From Auanema rhodensis (Eukaryota > Animalia > Nematoda): a stretch of DNA of 64,000 nt. The stretch lies in the NCBI GenBank assembly GCA_964057225.1, contig OZ059895.1, positions 5,518,001 to 5,582,000 on the forward strand, written 5' to 3'. The number at the start of each line of letters is the position of its first letter. Within the stretch, counting starts at the first letter, position 1. The position numbers and the translations under genes are program-made. The notes beneath the pieces were generated by a model. That model was given only the letters and a program-made list of their open reading frames with translations, ran no database searches and was not told the DNA's origin. Below are positions 1 through 15,201 of the stretch, piece by piece.

Positions 1-72
<72 letters not shown>
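1..72. repeat. (CT)n microsatellite, truncated by window start
   Basis: Perfect CT dinucleotide run from base 1 to 72. Confidence 0.98.
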
Positions 73-77
<5 letters not shown>

Positions 78-1365
78 AATGTCATTTCTTTTTAATATTC
101 TTCCAACTGTTGTCCGGAAAATTTGACTGAAACGTCAAACTATTCAAAACTTTTTAAAATATTTTTTCGTGTTAATATGAAATACCATCATCATGCCTCG
201 TATTCAATCCAGAAAACAGCTTTGAACAATTGGAATGTATTAAAAGAAATTCTTTTCTATGAATTTCTACAATACTACTTGTCAAAGAAATTCTAATAAA
301 CATATTATCCAAATAAGGTCTGAAACTTCATCTTACTAAGTGGGTTGATGCCACCACAGGATAACATACTATTAGGATGTCGACATGTTCTGACCTTCAA
401 ACTTTTGGGTCGGTCCTATTCTAGAGCTTATACGCCTTGCTGACGTCCTTCAGGCAGTATTCTCGAATCACCCTCTTTCTTCGTATACGCCCTCTATTCC
501 CTCTCTTTCTACTTTCCTACTCTGATCTCTCTCTCTCTTTCTCTCTCTTTCATTGGTTTGCTGTATTCTCGAGCTGACATGGTCAATAAAGTTTTTTTTG
601 CGAACTTATCACAATCATTAACAGCCCATTGGTCAGAAAAATAAATAAATTTGGCGAGAAAATTGATTTGAAATAGTTTTGGCAATAGTTTGTCTCGTTT
701 AATTTCAATCAACTATTAAAGTATAGTTATAATATAAAGAAAACATGATGGTAAAAATGATTAACAGCTTGATTCATCAGAAACATTTCCTATTTCCGAA
801 TAATATTATTATCAAATTGCATTAACTGTAGAAAAAACAAACTTTTTCTTGTTTGAAAGTTTGTTATTAAGCATTGTGAAAGAAGTGTTTAACTATTTGT
901 ATGTCTAGTTATAGTCAAGCTTTTAGAATGAATACTTAATGACTAATGACATATGATAGTGGACAACATATCAAATCTTAGTTAAAGATTGATTATGAAA
1001 ATAGATTTATTTGACATTTTCTTTAATTAGATTCTTAAAGAAATGAAAGGAAAATCATAGAATTGTGAATGATTACGTGATGTTGAAATGATAATGATGA
1101 GAGCTGGATTAATGGATATTGAATGTTTAGACGATCATAATCAACTATACGCATAGCAAAGAATAATATACCATTTTTCTATATCATCTCTTCATCATTT
1201 TCTTCACATAATCTCACTTTTCCACCTAATTTGGGTACTAATTTCACTTTTACCATCGAAAATAGATGCAACTTTTTCTAATATAGCCCAATTATCATCA
1301 ACAATCACAAAATCTAGTGATGATGTACCAAGAAGCAGAATATCGGCACATCTAGTTTCTATATT

Positions 1366-1368
1366 CTG

Positions 1369-1425
<57 letters not shown>

Positions 1426-1427
1426 CT
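1366..1427. repeat. Imperfect (CT)n/(CTTT)n microsatellite
   Basis: Directly visible run. Confidence 0.9.
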
Positions 1428-2139
1428 TTAGTTCTATTAATTTTCTTAATTCTTCCTCTCTTTCATCAACTGCAACTGCATTTCACCTGCCCTCTTCGTC
1501 CCTTATTGTTCCGTTCCACTCATATAAACAACAATAACAACAACAGTAGCTTTTATCAAGAAAACTTTTATTAAGTACGAACAATTAGTGTTTGACACTT
1601 CATCAACTATAACTATGATGATGATGATTAGTAGTTGAACTTATATTTGTCATTTGATAATTGTTTGAGCTTGATGTTGAATAAGAACTAGACGGATGGT
1701 AGTATTCGGTCATTAACAGCTTAGCCAAACGTGGAAAACTAGATTTTCTCAAATCCGACTGTATATTACCCCTGAGGACAAATACAAATGCACATGTATC
1801 ATGTTGGATAGTCATGAAATTGTTTAATATCTATCATTAGAATGATGTAATTTCGTTAGTATTCGATAGGAAATAGTATAAAACGTGTTGTTTACAATGA
1901 TTCAAACTAGATATTGAGGGATAAAATACAAAAATATTATTGTTAACTTCAATAGTTTTCTTCAATTTTCTTTTTTTTTATGAAACATCTCCATACGTTC
2001 TTTCCTAACATGTTCACATATGTGTGTATGTTTCAAGGACAACGGAACATGGAACCGATGGTCATTTAGAATCATGAGTCACATCCTAACATCCAATCTA
2101 TGTAACATATACAGTGTGTTTTAACCTCACTTTCATCAG

Positions 2140-5100
2140 AATTACTACCACCACCTGTCCATATATCTTTTTCCATTTGTCTTCATTTCTCTACGAGTTT
2201 TTCTTTCATTTTGGGATTCTTCTTTGTGTTTTCTGAGACGATTAGAAACGATCCCAATGCAATTGTTCCTACTACATCCCCCCACCCCATCCTCTTCTAC
2301 CACAAACCGTACAAGGAATTGAAAATGCTAGAAGTCATATAAACAAAACAAAATTGAATAAAGAACTATAATATACAAAGATATTTAGACCAATGGTTCT
2401 CAATATTTCGATGAATATGAAACTTGTAAAAAAGAGGAAGGCTTCGGAAATTCTTCCTATGTATGTGATCCATCCCATCGTCTTGCAGCTAATACTAAGA
2501 AGAAGCTGAGTGATATGCTTACAAGCCTTCAGACAAGAATAGGGTTAGAAAATTCATGATCAACAATCTGATTGATGCTATTCCAGATGCGAATGTGTAG
2601 ACGGATGCCAACGTGCAGATGGACGTGATGGATTCATCGGTGTTCTTCATGTATCAACAACAAAGAATGTTAGTTCTTATTCCGTATATCATTCTGAATT
2701 TACATTTTTCATATTTAGAGTGATAATTTGGAAGAAGATGTTCGTCAAGAATATGCTGATCTTCAACTTGGTAATGCTAGCTGTGATCATGGGTTAATCC
2801 TGGTATATATGAAAGATACTCAAAAGGTTAGTTTTATAAACATTTTTTATTAGAAATATATTAAAATTTGAAAACAAAGAAAAGAACAAAATGGTTTAAA
2901 GAATCTTTCAAATCCTATAATTCATTCATAAATCTTATTTTTTCTTTTTTGATCTTTGTCGAAATTTAAGTTGTCCTTCTAAAGGGCATTTACATCTGAC
3001 ATCTTAAGCATCCTGCTCAGCAGGATTCATTGATGCACGATCAGTAAAACGGTACTGACCGCGTTACTGGCATAAGATGAGATTCTGTTCAGATGAGCCG
3101 TCAATGACTAATGTCATTTCGGCTTTTTGACTTAAAATGTTGAATGACAAGATAGTTCAAGATGAAGGACAACAAAGTGATATTAGAGAGACAGGTTGAC
3201 ATAGAAGAGTTTGAAAGAGTTCAAAATGAAAAGATTTAAGAGATTTTCTTTATAAACAAACATAATTACAAGTTTATAATTATAAAAAAGAAATAAAATT
3301 ATTTATAATAAAACAATTTCTTTACTATATTTTAACTATAAAAGCTTTTCATATAATTAGAATATTATATTTATTCAAATACATCATCAGTACATCTTTC
3401 TATATATTATTACTCTTTTTTTTCTTTTTTCCTTATAATGATTTGAAGAATTGTGTTGAAAGAAAACAAGAACCAGTCTTCTAACCGACAACCTATCATT
3501 TCTTTCTCTCTTTCTCTCTTATTCTCTTGTTCATTCCCTCTTTCTTTCACTATTTCTTTTTTTCTTTTTTTTGTCTCTTCATGTCCATTGATGATGTTGA
3601 CAAGAATTATTATGAAATTATCAAACAGATGACATTCCATTGTCATTACTACATAATTGCCTCCTTCTGTTTCGGTTTCGTTTTCTTTTCAATCTCTTCA
3701 TCTTTTTCTTTCTATCTATCTATCTATCTATCTCTCTATAACATTCAGTTTCAATGGTTATATTCAAATTGAACGAAGCTGCTTGATGACATAGATTTCA
3801 AATCATCACCCACCACCACATTCATTGAAATATTATATGCGTGAGCGATTAGGAAATGAAATGATAAAAACATAGCAACAGATGAGAATATTGAAGAAAA
3901 AGAAGAAGAAGAAGCAATATACAACCGTCTTTATCGGAAAAATCAAGTTAAGATATGATATTTTCACGTCTAATTTGCATACATTCACGTATTGCGCATG
4001 ATGCCATTATGTTAAAGCTTGTTGAAAACATAGATTTCTTCGTTAAATCTATTGATATCATAAAAATCGTTTCAATTTGCTATTGCACTCGTAAAATTGA
4101 ATTTGCGCTGAAACTTGGTTCAAGTTTTATAGTTGATAATAAGCTAATTATCGCCTCAGGGGACTGTTTGAAACTTGGAAGAAATATTGAGTATGGAAAA
4201 TGATCTAATCAATGTCATTATTACTTAGATCATAATCAGAATATTTATTGATGATGTTTGGTAATAACATTACCATATCATCAGAAAAAAAACATAATTT
4301 TTACTTGAAACTTGCATGTGTATGAAGAAAATGACACAAGTTTCTGCACTTGTAAAACACTTATCTTGTACAAGTTTTCATTCCATTTAAGGTTAAGATG
4401 ATTATAGTGCTTGTTAAAGTAAAGAGAATCAAAAGAAAAAGAAAGAGTAAACTAGAAGAAGAGAGAAAATCGAGTTTGTTTTTTTGAGGAAAAAAGGAAA
4501 ATAGAAAAAAAACGATTTTCACTTTCATTATGTGTTACTTGTATGAATAGAATTGTCTTACTCTTCTAATCGGCTTAAAGACCTAAAAGGAGAAGAGAGA
4601 GAGAGGGTGAAGGAGAGAGAGAGAGTAGGTTACAAAAAAACATTCCATTATATACATAGACAACTCATTTTTTTTGAACAAGATGAGGAGAATTTAACAT
4701 GAAAATTGCAAAATTTTCATCCTGTTTGCATAATGTAGATTATTTTTTATTATATTTTGTAAATGTTTGGGAAAGAAAAATAAATAAGAAAACAAAAAAA
4801 AACAGAAGAAGAAAATAAATTTAAATTAAAAAGAAGGGAACTTAAGTAAAAGATTTATCTTCTATGTATATATTCCCTAATAAAGTAAAATATATTTCTT
4901 TAGTTGTTCCTTCTACACATAGAAGAGCTTTTTATTTTAAAAATCATTAAATGGCCAGTTTAATTGACAAAAATGTTGTCTTAAAAAAGTAATTGAAATC
5001 TAATATAGTGTGACCGGACTCGGCTATTATTCGTAATAGGCCGGTGATCGGTAAGTAACATCTATATTTCTAAATTATAATTTATTTCATTATTTTATAA

Positions 5101-8100
5101 ATTTTAATCTTTTATTAATATACATAATTATTTTAAAATATTAAATATTAAATATGAATTGATCTTTCTCTTCTTCTTTTCTTCTTTCTCTACTTTACTT
5201 CTCAATCATTCTCATGTATCGTAACGATTTTACCTCTATCTTTAACCTATCTTACATACATAAGCTATCGGTGTCTTAATTTCATTTCAACTGTTTCGGA
5301 ACATCTACTACGATACAAAACAGCCTTGACAGACCAAAGTTGAAATGTGTCTAGCCGATATTCTTGATGATTCAGATCTGAACTAAGATATTTCATGATA
5401 AACTTTCTTGATATGTCGGAATAAAAAACATAAAAGAGTTGAATATATAGTATGTAGATAAGCTTCATGAATGTATATATACAATTATTTATTTTAAAAA
5501 TTTAAATAATACAAAGAAAACGTTGAAAGTTAAGTTTTCTTCGTTATCTATTATCTTATCCAATTCAAATCTTTGTATTTAAAATGAAAATAATTTATGA
5601 CTCCTTGTTAGTTAGTGATTATCGTATCACATAGTTAATACTCTAGCTATTAAAAGCTATTGTTGATTGATCAGTCTGGGATTAAACCGACAAACATAAC
5701 TGTTATCATATATTTAATTGACTATCTCAATTAGGCTAAAACCTATAAAAATATCTAAATCTTAAATGACAAAAACTATATCCATGAATATACATATATG
5801 TGTACAAATATTTCTTTTATTATTTTATTTTATTAAAAATATGTTGACACGAAAATAAAAAAAAACTAAACGAGTTGGTCCTCTGTTTAGCTTGTTATTA
5901 CCCTTTTTTTCTCTTCTAAATCATCATCATCATCATCATCATCCAGATTATATTAGAGTAGTTAAACATCGCGAAGATACAAAAGATCAATGTTTTTCTT
6001 ATATTCATATAGATAGATAGATATATATATATGAATTAAAGAATTACTAGGCTAAAAAACATGGGAAATTGAGGACAAAGTCAAAATTTTTCAACAACAA
6101 GGAAAACGAAATAAACTTTAAATGAATTAATGATCTGAATTAATATCATTAAATGTATGTATTACAACTAAAATTATAGTACATACATATATATATATAT
6201 ATCAATAAAGAAACAATGTTAATGAAAAAGTACAAAAAAACAAGATTTCAATTGTTTTTTTTTGTTTTTTTTTAAAGAAAAATAGAAAAGATGATCTATT
6301 TGTCATAAATACATATATATTAAGAATTTATTTTTCAGTTGGCTACTTACCGAGGAGGACGTTCGTTTGTTCTACTTACTGATGAAGATATGCAGAAGCT
6401 TCATACATTAGCTGCTAAGGTAACAAAGATTCTATCAATGAAACCTCATAAATCAATGAGGGCGACCATCCCTTGTTTTGACATATCGTTTTAGTCAATC
6501 TTCACGAAATTTCATTGCAGAATTCGATAATTTTCTTTCATTTTTTTTCTGTTTTTTAGGGACCAGGAGAGAGCGATACATTGGCTTTGCAATTCTTATT
6601 AAGCAACTATAAAGATGTAATTGAAAATCCAGTACAACGATCTGAAACATGGGTGGTAAGTACTAGTTACATATAGTAAATATTTATTTTTAATATTATA
6701 TTAATTATCTTATTTTATAATTTATAGTTTATTTCAATATAACATACATATTATTCTAAATTTAATAATTAAAATAGAAATAATTTGAAAAAGAAATATT
6801 ATTGAAATGTTATCTCAATTTTTAATTATTTTTTATGTTAAAAGAATATTTTCTACTTTATAAGAAGACATCGTTCTACCGATATGCATGTCACATTACA
6901 TAGCTGTCGTCGTCATTGCCATATCTCTTGTTCTACAGAATGATACCTTCTCGGCCACAACTGCAATTGAAGCAATGACCTTCCTTGCCTGTCTTCAAAC
7001 ATGATGTATCATATCCATCCAGCCATCTGACTTGAAAGGAAAGCTCTCAAACAGACAAATGGTCCTATGGTGAACGAAAACGCTATAACCTTGAAGTGAT
7101 TTTGGTTCGTCAGGTCGTCCTCGTCAAATGCAACAAGTCGTAGTTATGTCATATTGAGCCTTTTCATGCTGGATTATGAACATCATGTGAGAGACTTAAT
7201 GCCTATTTCCTAGGATTGTCTTGTAGACAGTGTGATAAATCCTAGTTCAAGTTGTCTTAGGTTGTGATGAAATTTTATGAGGCAAAAACTGATTGACTTC
7301 AAATCATATAACGTAAAAACTTGGATGGAAAACTGGCATTCAGACAAATACAAACCCAAGTTGCTAGAAGCTAAAGCATTATGATGAATGTCTCCCTACT
7401 ATCGTCGGCTTTTGACACGTCCAAAACAAGTAGTTGGAGTCATAAATTTTGATTGCTTCTTCTCAAAAATCAAATATCATTTTCCACCTTGTCCACTTTA
7501 TCTCCTATCTTCATTTCCTACCAGAACAATCAAATTCACAGAGTTCAAGCAATTTCGACCGAATTCATCCGAGCCGATTACAACGTCGTGTGTTCAGATA
7601 TCTGCCCTCCGGCAAACTCGTTCAATTCGTCTGTGGCAAATCGCAAAACAATCGGCTTGTTAGTGGTGGAAGGAGATGACAAGCGTGTGGATGAACATAT
7701 AAAAACAACCGGTTTTTGGCAATCCGTTGACTTTTCTGAAACATTAAATGGAAGGCTAGTAGGAGGGGATGACATTTTTCCGTGACTATCAACGAAAAAA
7801 ATATGAGAAAATCGTATGAGATTCGGTTCTCACAATAGCGGGGTTTCATATTTCCCTTAAAATTATTTGTTTTTATAGTTAATCCAAAAACTTTTAAAAA
7901 TAATTTTTATTAAGAGAATTGAAGAAAAAAATAATTATTTCACTTATTTCAGCCTTTATTGGGTTTGATTGCTGCTGTTCTTATAGTACTCGTTATTCTC
8001 GGAGTACTTCTAGCTCTGTTATTAGCTCGTTTCTGTTGCTGTTGTGTCAAGAGAAAGAAGGATGTGTATCATGTTAATACTTTACCATCCTATAAGACAA

Positions 8101-8745
8101 TCGAGCCGTTGTATGTTGTTACTCCACCAGTGTAAGCAGCGTCATTACTTCTATAATTCCAAAATGTTTTAAATTTGTTTTCAGAGCTCCACCACTCAAT
8201 CGTGCTATGTCGGATGCTATTTACTCTACACCATATTCTGGAAGTCCTTTACCTTTCCCACCACCACCTGGCAGTGCCGTTCCTCACACACCATCATCAA
8301 CAGCAGCCCACCGTATACGTGGAGATCATGAAACACCAATTGCCAAGAGATATACCGATGTAAGTTTATGCTTCATGATGAAAACAAGGAATTATATATG
8401 TTCTGAATAGTATCTCTTTATCATGAAGACAATAATGATGGGATACATTTGAAAATTATCCTTTTTTCCAGGCTGCCCGCAGTGAGCCCGGTTCTCTTCG
8501 TCGTATCGGAGATACCGACATCTACTCTCTACCACCACCACCACTCCACGACCTCCAATCACACATTTATGGAACAAGTAATCACATTCTTTTATGAAAA
8601 ACATCAATACTTTTACGTTTTTTCAGTCCCACGAGCTACCTTGTCACCGAGAGCTCGTATGTCGCCAAAGGAAGCTGAAGACTTGCAATGGTTAGACCCT
8701 AAAAGAAAGCAAGAGACTCAAACAAGAGAAGAGTTAATCTACTAA
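2140..8745 (+). CDS. MOLO-1-like (TPM-domain) single-pass membrane protein, multi-exon; 5' end uncertain
   Basis: Spliced exons (~2390-2542, 2587-2668, 2719-2826, 6339-6419, 6561-6655, 7953-8131, 8184-8359, 8472-8577, 8627-8745) read ...FDEYETCKKEEGFGNSSYVCDPSHRL...IGCECVDGC...FIGVLHV...LQLGNASCDHGLILVYMKDTQKLATYRG..., then a TM helix (LLGLIAAVLIVLVILGVLLALLL), CCCC and a Pro-rich tail ending REELIY*. The CDP / CxCxxxC / CDxG(L/I)L pattern is typical of the MOLO1/TPM family. Start codon not resolved. Confidence 0.75.
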
Positions 8746-9184
8746 AAAAAGATGTAGCTGACTCTCGAACTGTCATCGGGTCTTATCCTCTTTCGTTATA
8801 TTATAATTTTGTAAAAAAAAAGACGAATAGTAGTTTAAATACCTTTGGACACCATCTACAAACTTCTTCTTACTTACGATGTCTTCAAGAATTCTAAAAT
8901 GGTCATATCCATTACAACCAAAATGATTGTTCTATTCAACTCAATTGACTAAGCATATCAAATGATATTATATCTTATTATTTTGATTTCTTTGAAATGT
9001 CCTCCTCCTACGACTTATGTAAGTACGTGCCGTTTAAACCCGTGCCTTCTTGATACTCAACTTGAACATAGCATTTTCCCAAGAAAGCTATTTTGCTTAT
9101 TGTATTCTTTAATTAAAGGTTACCATGTAAGCTAATAAATATATTTTAAACTCTAAAATAACTTTATTATATATACAATCTAAT

Positions 9185-10596
9185 TTAAGAAATCTCTATA
9201 ATTGTCTTTCCTTTACCATGTAATTGAGCAACTTTTTCGAATGCTTTTGGAACATCTGAGAAACCATAAGTGCATTCTACGATAGGTTTCAGCTAAAATA
9301 TAAGAAGTTATATTTTACATTGAACAAAGATGTCTAACCTTTCCTTCACTAGCAAAGCGAGAGATTTGCTGCATGCATTCCGAATGAGGCATAAAGAAGG
9401 CATACGAGAACCATCGTCCACGGAAAGCACTCTGAAATATTGGCAAAATATGGTAAACTAAATATTTAGAAATTACAGCATAGGATCTTTGGAAGTATTT
9501 AAATGCAGTTGTAAATAAGCCAGGCACTAAGCCATGACGGTCAGTTTCCCTCATTAAGGGACTAATAATAGTTACATGAACACAGTTTCTCCAAACACCT
9601 TGTACCTATAACATATACAGTAAAATGAAAAAATAAAAAATGAAAATTACATTATCACTCCATCGAGCAAGATCAGAATCAACACAATCAAATATAACTT
9701 CAAAGGGTCCAGCGCTGATTAGTTGATCCTTTACATCATCAGCTCGATAATCTATGGGAACAGCTCCAAGATTTTTGACTCTTTCAAAACTTAATAAAAC
9801 ACATTAAATCATAGAAAAACTGAAAGTACCTGTGTTGTGAACAAGTAGTTACAATTTTATCTACTCCCCAAGCTTTCAGCATCTGAATTGCAATTGTGCC
9901 AACTCCACCGGCACCTCCGTGAATCAAAACTCGTGATGCTACAAAGCAGATTATAATGAAAAACATAAGTATGAAATAACTGAACAATTTTTGCCATTTG
10001 GATTGAGACGAGCAACAGTTACAAGAGCACTCCAAGCTGTATTAGCTGCATAAGGTAAACTAGCAGCTTCCACGTATGTCAAATTTTTGGGTAGAGCTGA
10101 GCACATAGAAGCATCTGTCACAGCATATTCAGCATGGCATCCCTGTCTATGTGGAGGAAATAGAGCCATAACCTAAAAAAAGTTATAGTTCAATGGTGAT
10201 AAATAGAATTCAAAACCTCATCTCCTACAGCTAAATTATGAACTGCTCCACCTACAGCTTCTACAACAGCTGTACAATCTCTGCCAGGAATTAGTGGATA
10301 TCGTTCCTTTGAGAAATCCCACGCATCATATTGTCCTAGTTTTCCTAGAATTTCTTTTCCATAGCCCAAACACATGTAAGTGTCTAACGGATTTACACTG
10401 GCAGCCAAAAAGAGAAGAATCATGAGGGGTTAAGATACCGACTGCTTACTTTTACTTTCAATAAGACTTCTGTTGATTTAGTAATTACAGGGATTGGCAC
10501 AGTTTTCATAGATAAGGGAGCACCGGGAGCTTCTACTTGCCATGCTTTCATTTCACGTATGGCTGTGGAAGCCAATCTTCTTTGAACTGCTGACAT
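9185..10596 (-). CDS. rad-8: Reticulon-4-interacting protein 1 (RTN4IP1), mitochondrial MDR-family NADPH oxidoreductase
   Basis: MSAVQRRLASTAIREMKAWQ (mitochondrial presequence-like), then AASVNPLD..GYG, PLIPGRDC, GCHAEY, EAASLPYAANTAW, VLIHGGAGGVGTIAIQMLKAWG, ending HGKGKTIIEIS*. Confidence 0.93.
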
Positions 10597-11507
10597 CTTA
10601 TTTCTTTCTTAATTATTTGTATTAAGAAATATAAATAAAAACGAAACAAAAAACAAGAAATATTATATTCATTATTAGCGTCAATTCAACAAAGTAAACC
10701 ACAAATTCATCAATAAAGTTTGAAATAGGAAAATGAAGGTTATGGAGACATTGAATTGGAAGATTAACTTCGACAATGAGAAGAAAATGATAAAATTGTG
10801 GGTTTTAAACAGATTCGACACTGTGACAACACAAAGATCTCGAGCAATTTCATACATCTGCATCAAAAAAAAGTAAACAATCCATTCCATGTTAATCATT
10901 TCAGATAGGCAGGTGCATACTTTTTGTAAGCATTATTTGAAATATTTAATACATGCATAGTTGATTGACTAAAAGAATACTAAAAGAAAGATATACTAAC
11001 TTGAGAAACGTCAAACTTGTTTAAAAGAAAACAGAATTGTCAGCAAAACAAAACAGAACGCAAAAGAAATTTGCTCCATAATTACTTTTTATCGTTAAAA
11101 TTAATGATAATGTTGAAATTGAATAATACATATCAATTGAAAATAAGAATTATTAATAAATTTAAAGCTAATTCATTTTTAAGTTTAGAAATACATAAAA
11201 ATATTGACTAGTTAATCTATATACAATATAATGAAGTGCGTTCTATATCATTAAGTTTTTCAGAATTACATTATTGTTTTATTTACCTTTTATGAATGTG
11301 AATTTCTAAAAAAAACAGCTCATAACAAATAAACTTCTTGAAAGTCGCAAAAATACGTGCGATAATTTCTCTTACTGTATACTACGAACAAGCCTTAGTA
11401 CGCAATCCAAAATCATCAAAATTCTACGATCTCATACTTTATTTTTAGCTATGTTCATTACATATATTTTTTTAACTAGTTTTTATATAATATATTTATA
11501 TATTTAG
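10597..11507. promoter_or_regulatory. Divergent (head-to-head) promoter region between rad-8 and rpt-5, ending in TTTAG immediately before the rpt-5 ATG
   Basis: ~0.9 kb AT-rich spacer between oppositely oriented start codons; TATTTAG|ATG at 11501-11510 resembles an SL trans-splice site. Confidence 0.6.
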
Positions 11508-13283
<1,776 letters not shown>

Positions 13284-13652
13284 TATAAAGTCACCGGTGA
13301 TCTGAGTTCTGTTTTTTTTTGTTTAAATTTGACGTGTACTCCCTTTTTCAATGGTTCAACTCTAATTTATTATTATAATGACCATATATAAACGATTTCC
13401 TGGCTGCAATGTTGTTATTGTTTACAGGTTTTGCCCTGTTTAATACATTTAGCTGATAGAAGTATTAACTAGTAGCGTATGTTTGTTATTTAGTTTCGGA
13501 TGTGCATGCGTCATGTTGACGTGTACTTCTCACTCTTTACCTCTTCTAACTATTAGTCGGTCGGTCTTAGAGATGTGTAGAGATTAGAATGCTTTTCAAC
13601 CTTGGAATAGGGATATGTCACTGATTCACTTCTTTTTTGTTGTTTAGACCTA

Positions 13653-14911
13653 ATGTCCGCTTCTTGCGAAGCACATAACATTCACCCCAGTAGTCAAGTC
13701 GTATCAAAAGTCAAACACGATGGTCAAGTTGGTGAATTAAAAGTTATAGAATGGCATCATATGAATCTTGCCTTGTTCTATCCATCGGCACTATTAAGGT
13801 ATATTCCAATGTTATAAGTGTACTTTGGATTTAACGTTCATTGTTCTTTAGTACCTGGTCTGTGCGTACTGCTCTTTATCCTCTGAATGTTCTAAGAAGT
13901 CGTCTGCAACTTCAGAAACAACATACTGTTTATCGAGGAACCTTTCATGCATTCACTGATATATGGAAAAATGAAGGCATTCGTGGGCTTTATCGAGGAT
14001 TTTGGGTTACCATTCCTCAAATTGGTTGCTCATTTATATACTCGACAGTCTATGAAAAACTTCGATCTATTCTACAGAAAGATCTTGGAGTAACTAATGT
14101 CGCTGGTATCTCCTGTATATCAGGGGGAGCTGCAAGTTTTTGTTCACAGGTTGTTAATGTAGTTTAATAATAATACTCATTTTGTTTAGGCTATTTTTGT
14201 GCCCACAGATATTATAGCTCAGTACATGATGATTTATCGAAATGCCGACAAATTTATATCCGGAAATGATAAAACTGTGATTAGTAACATACAACGATTG
14301 GAAGGAAAAGGGAAATCTCTTTCTAAAAATGTTTTAAAAGCCATATATCAAGCTGATGGCATCCGAGGTTTTTACCGGTACTTATTTGGTTGTTGTCCTT
14401 TTTTTGCACTGTTTCTGTCTTTTCTAGTGGGTTTTTGGCGTCGTCAACTGTTTACGTACCATTTTGCTTGGTGTTTTGGCCATCATACTACTGGTTTCAA
14501 GATCTTTTTCATATGGTAATATAGTTAAACATTTTCAAACTATCATTGTGGAATTTACAGCTTCATCCTCCAACCACGCGTGGATTACTATGTGACCAAT
14601 TTTTTGCTGCAATATTTGGAGGTGTATGCTCTACAGTTGCTACAAACCCTATGGAACTACTTCGTATACGTGCTCAAATTCATCGAACATCATATGGTGA
14701 AACATTAGCTCGCATGTGGAGAAATGAACGGATTTCCATTTTTTGGAAGGGATTACCACCCAGGTAAATTAAATTTATGGATTTTTTTGTAAATAGGTTT
14801 TACTGCAGGCTGATTAGTAATTCACTGTATTCCGGCGTTGTTATGGCTGGCTATGAAATAGTTAAAAGAATGTGTGTGGTGCCTGAGTACAAAGATCAAG
14901 TAAAATGGTGA
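13653..14911 (+). CDS. Mitochondrial carrier, SLC25A44-like (paralog A)
   Basis: IEWHHMNLALFYP, LYPLNVLRSRLQLQ, EGIRGLYRGFW, FVPTDIIAQYMM, DGIRGFYR, TNPMELLRIRAQ, ending YEIVKRMCVVPEYKDQVKW*; three carrier repeats. Confidence 0.92.
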
Positions 14912-15201
14912 ATTGACCTTAATATCTATTTGGAAGAAAGTTTCTTCGAAACCATAACTAGTCATTAAATAGTAAATATTTTTATGTTCTTTTTTTTTTC
15001 TTGTTATAAGCGTTTTATCGTTATGATTATCGTATTACTTTTATTCAACAGTTTGATAATAGTCCCACCAATATTTAGACATTACATATGTTGTGAACTT
15101 CTTCTGATTAGTTTGGTGTTTTCTGTGTAATGAGCAGCTATTCTTTCTCAGCAGCATAGCTCGGGATATATATATTTTTTAAAAGGGAATTGCATGTTTT
15201 A

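Noticed and set aside
1170-1815. Short minus-strand open frames (CADILLLGTSSLDFVIVDDNW...; 70-aa ORF 1603-1815)
   Set aside because: Could not be assembled into a consistent spliced gene and show no recognisable homology.
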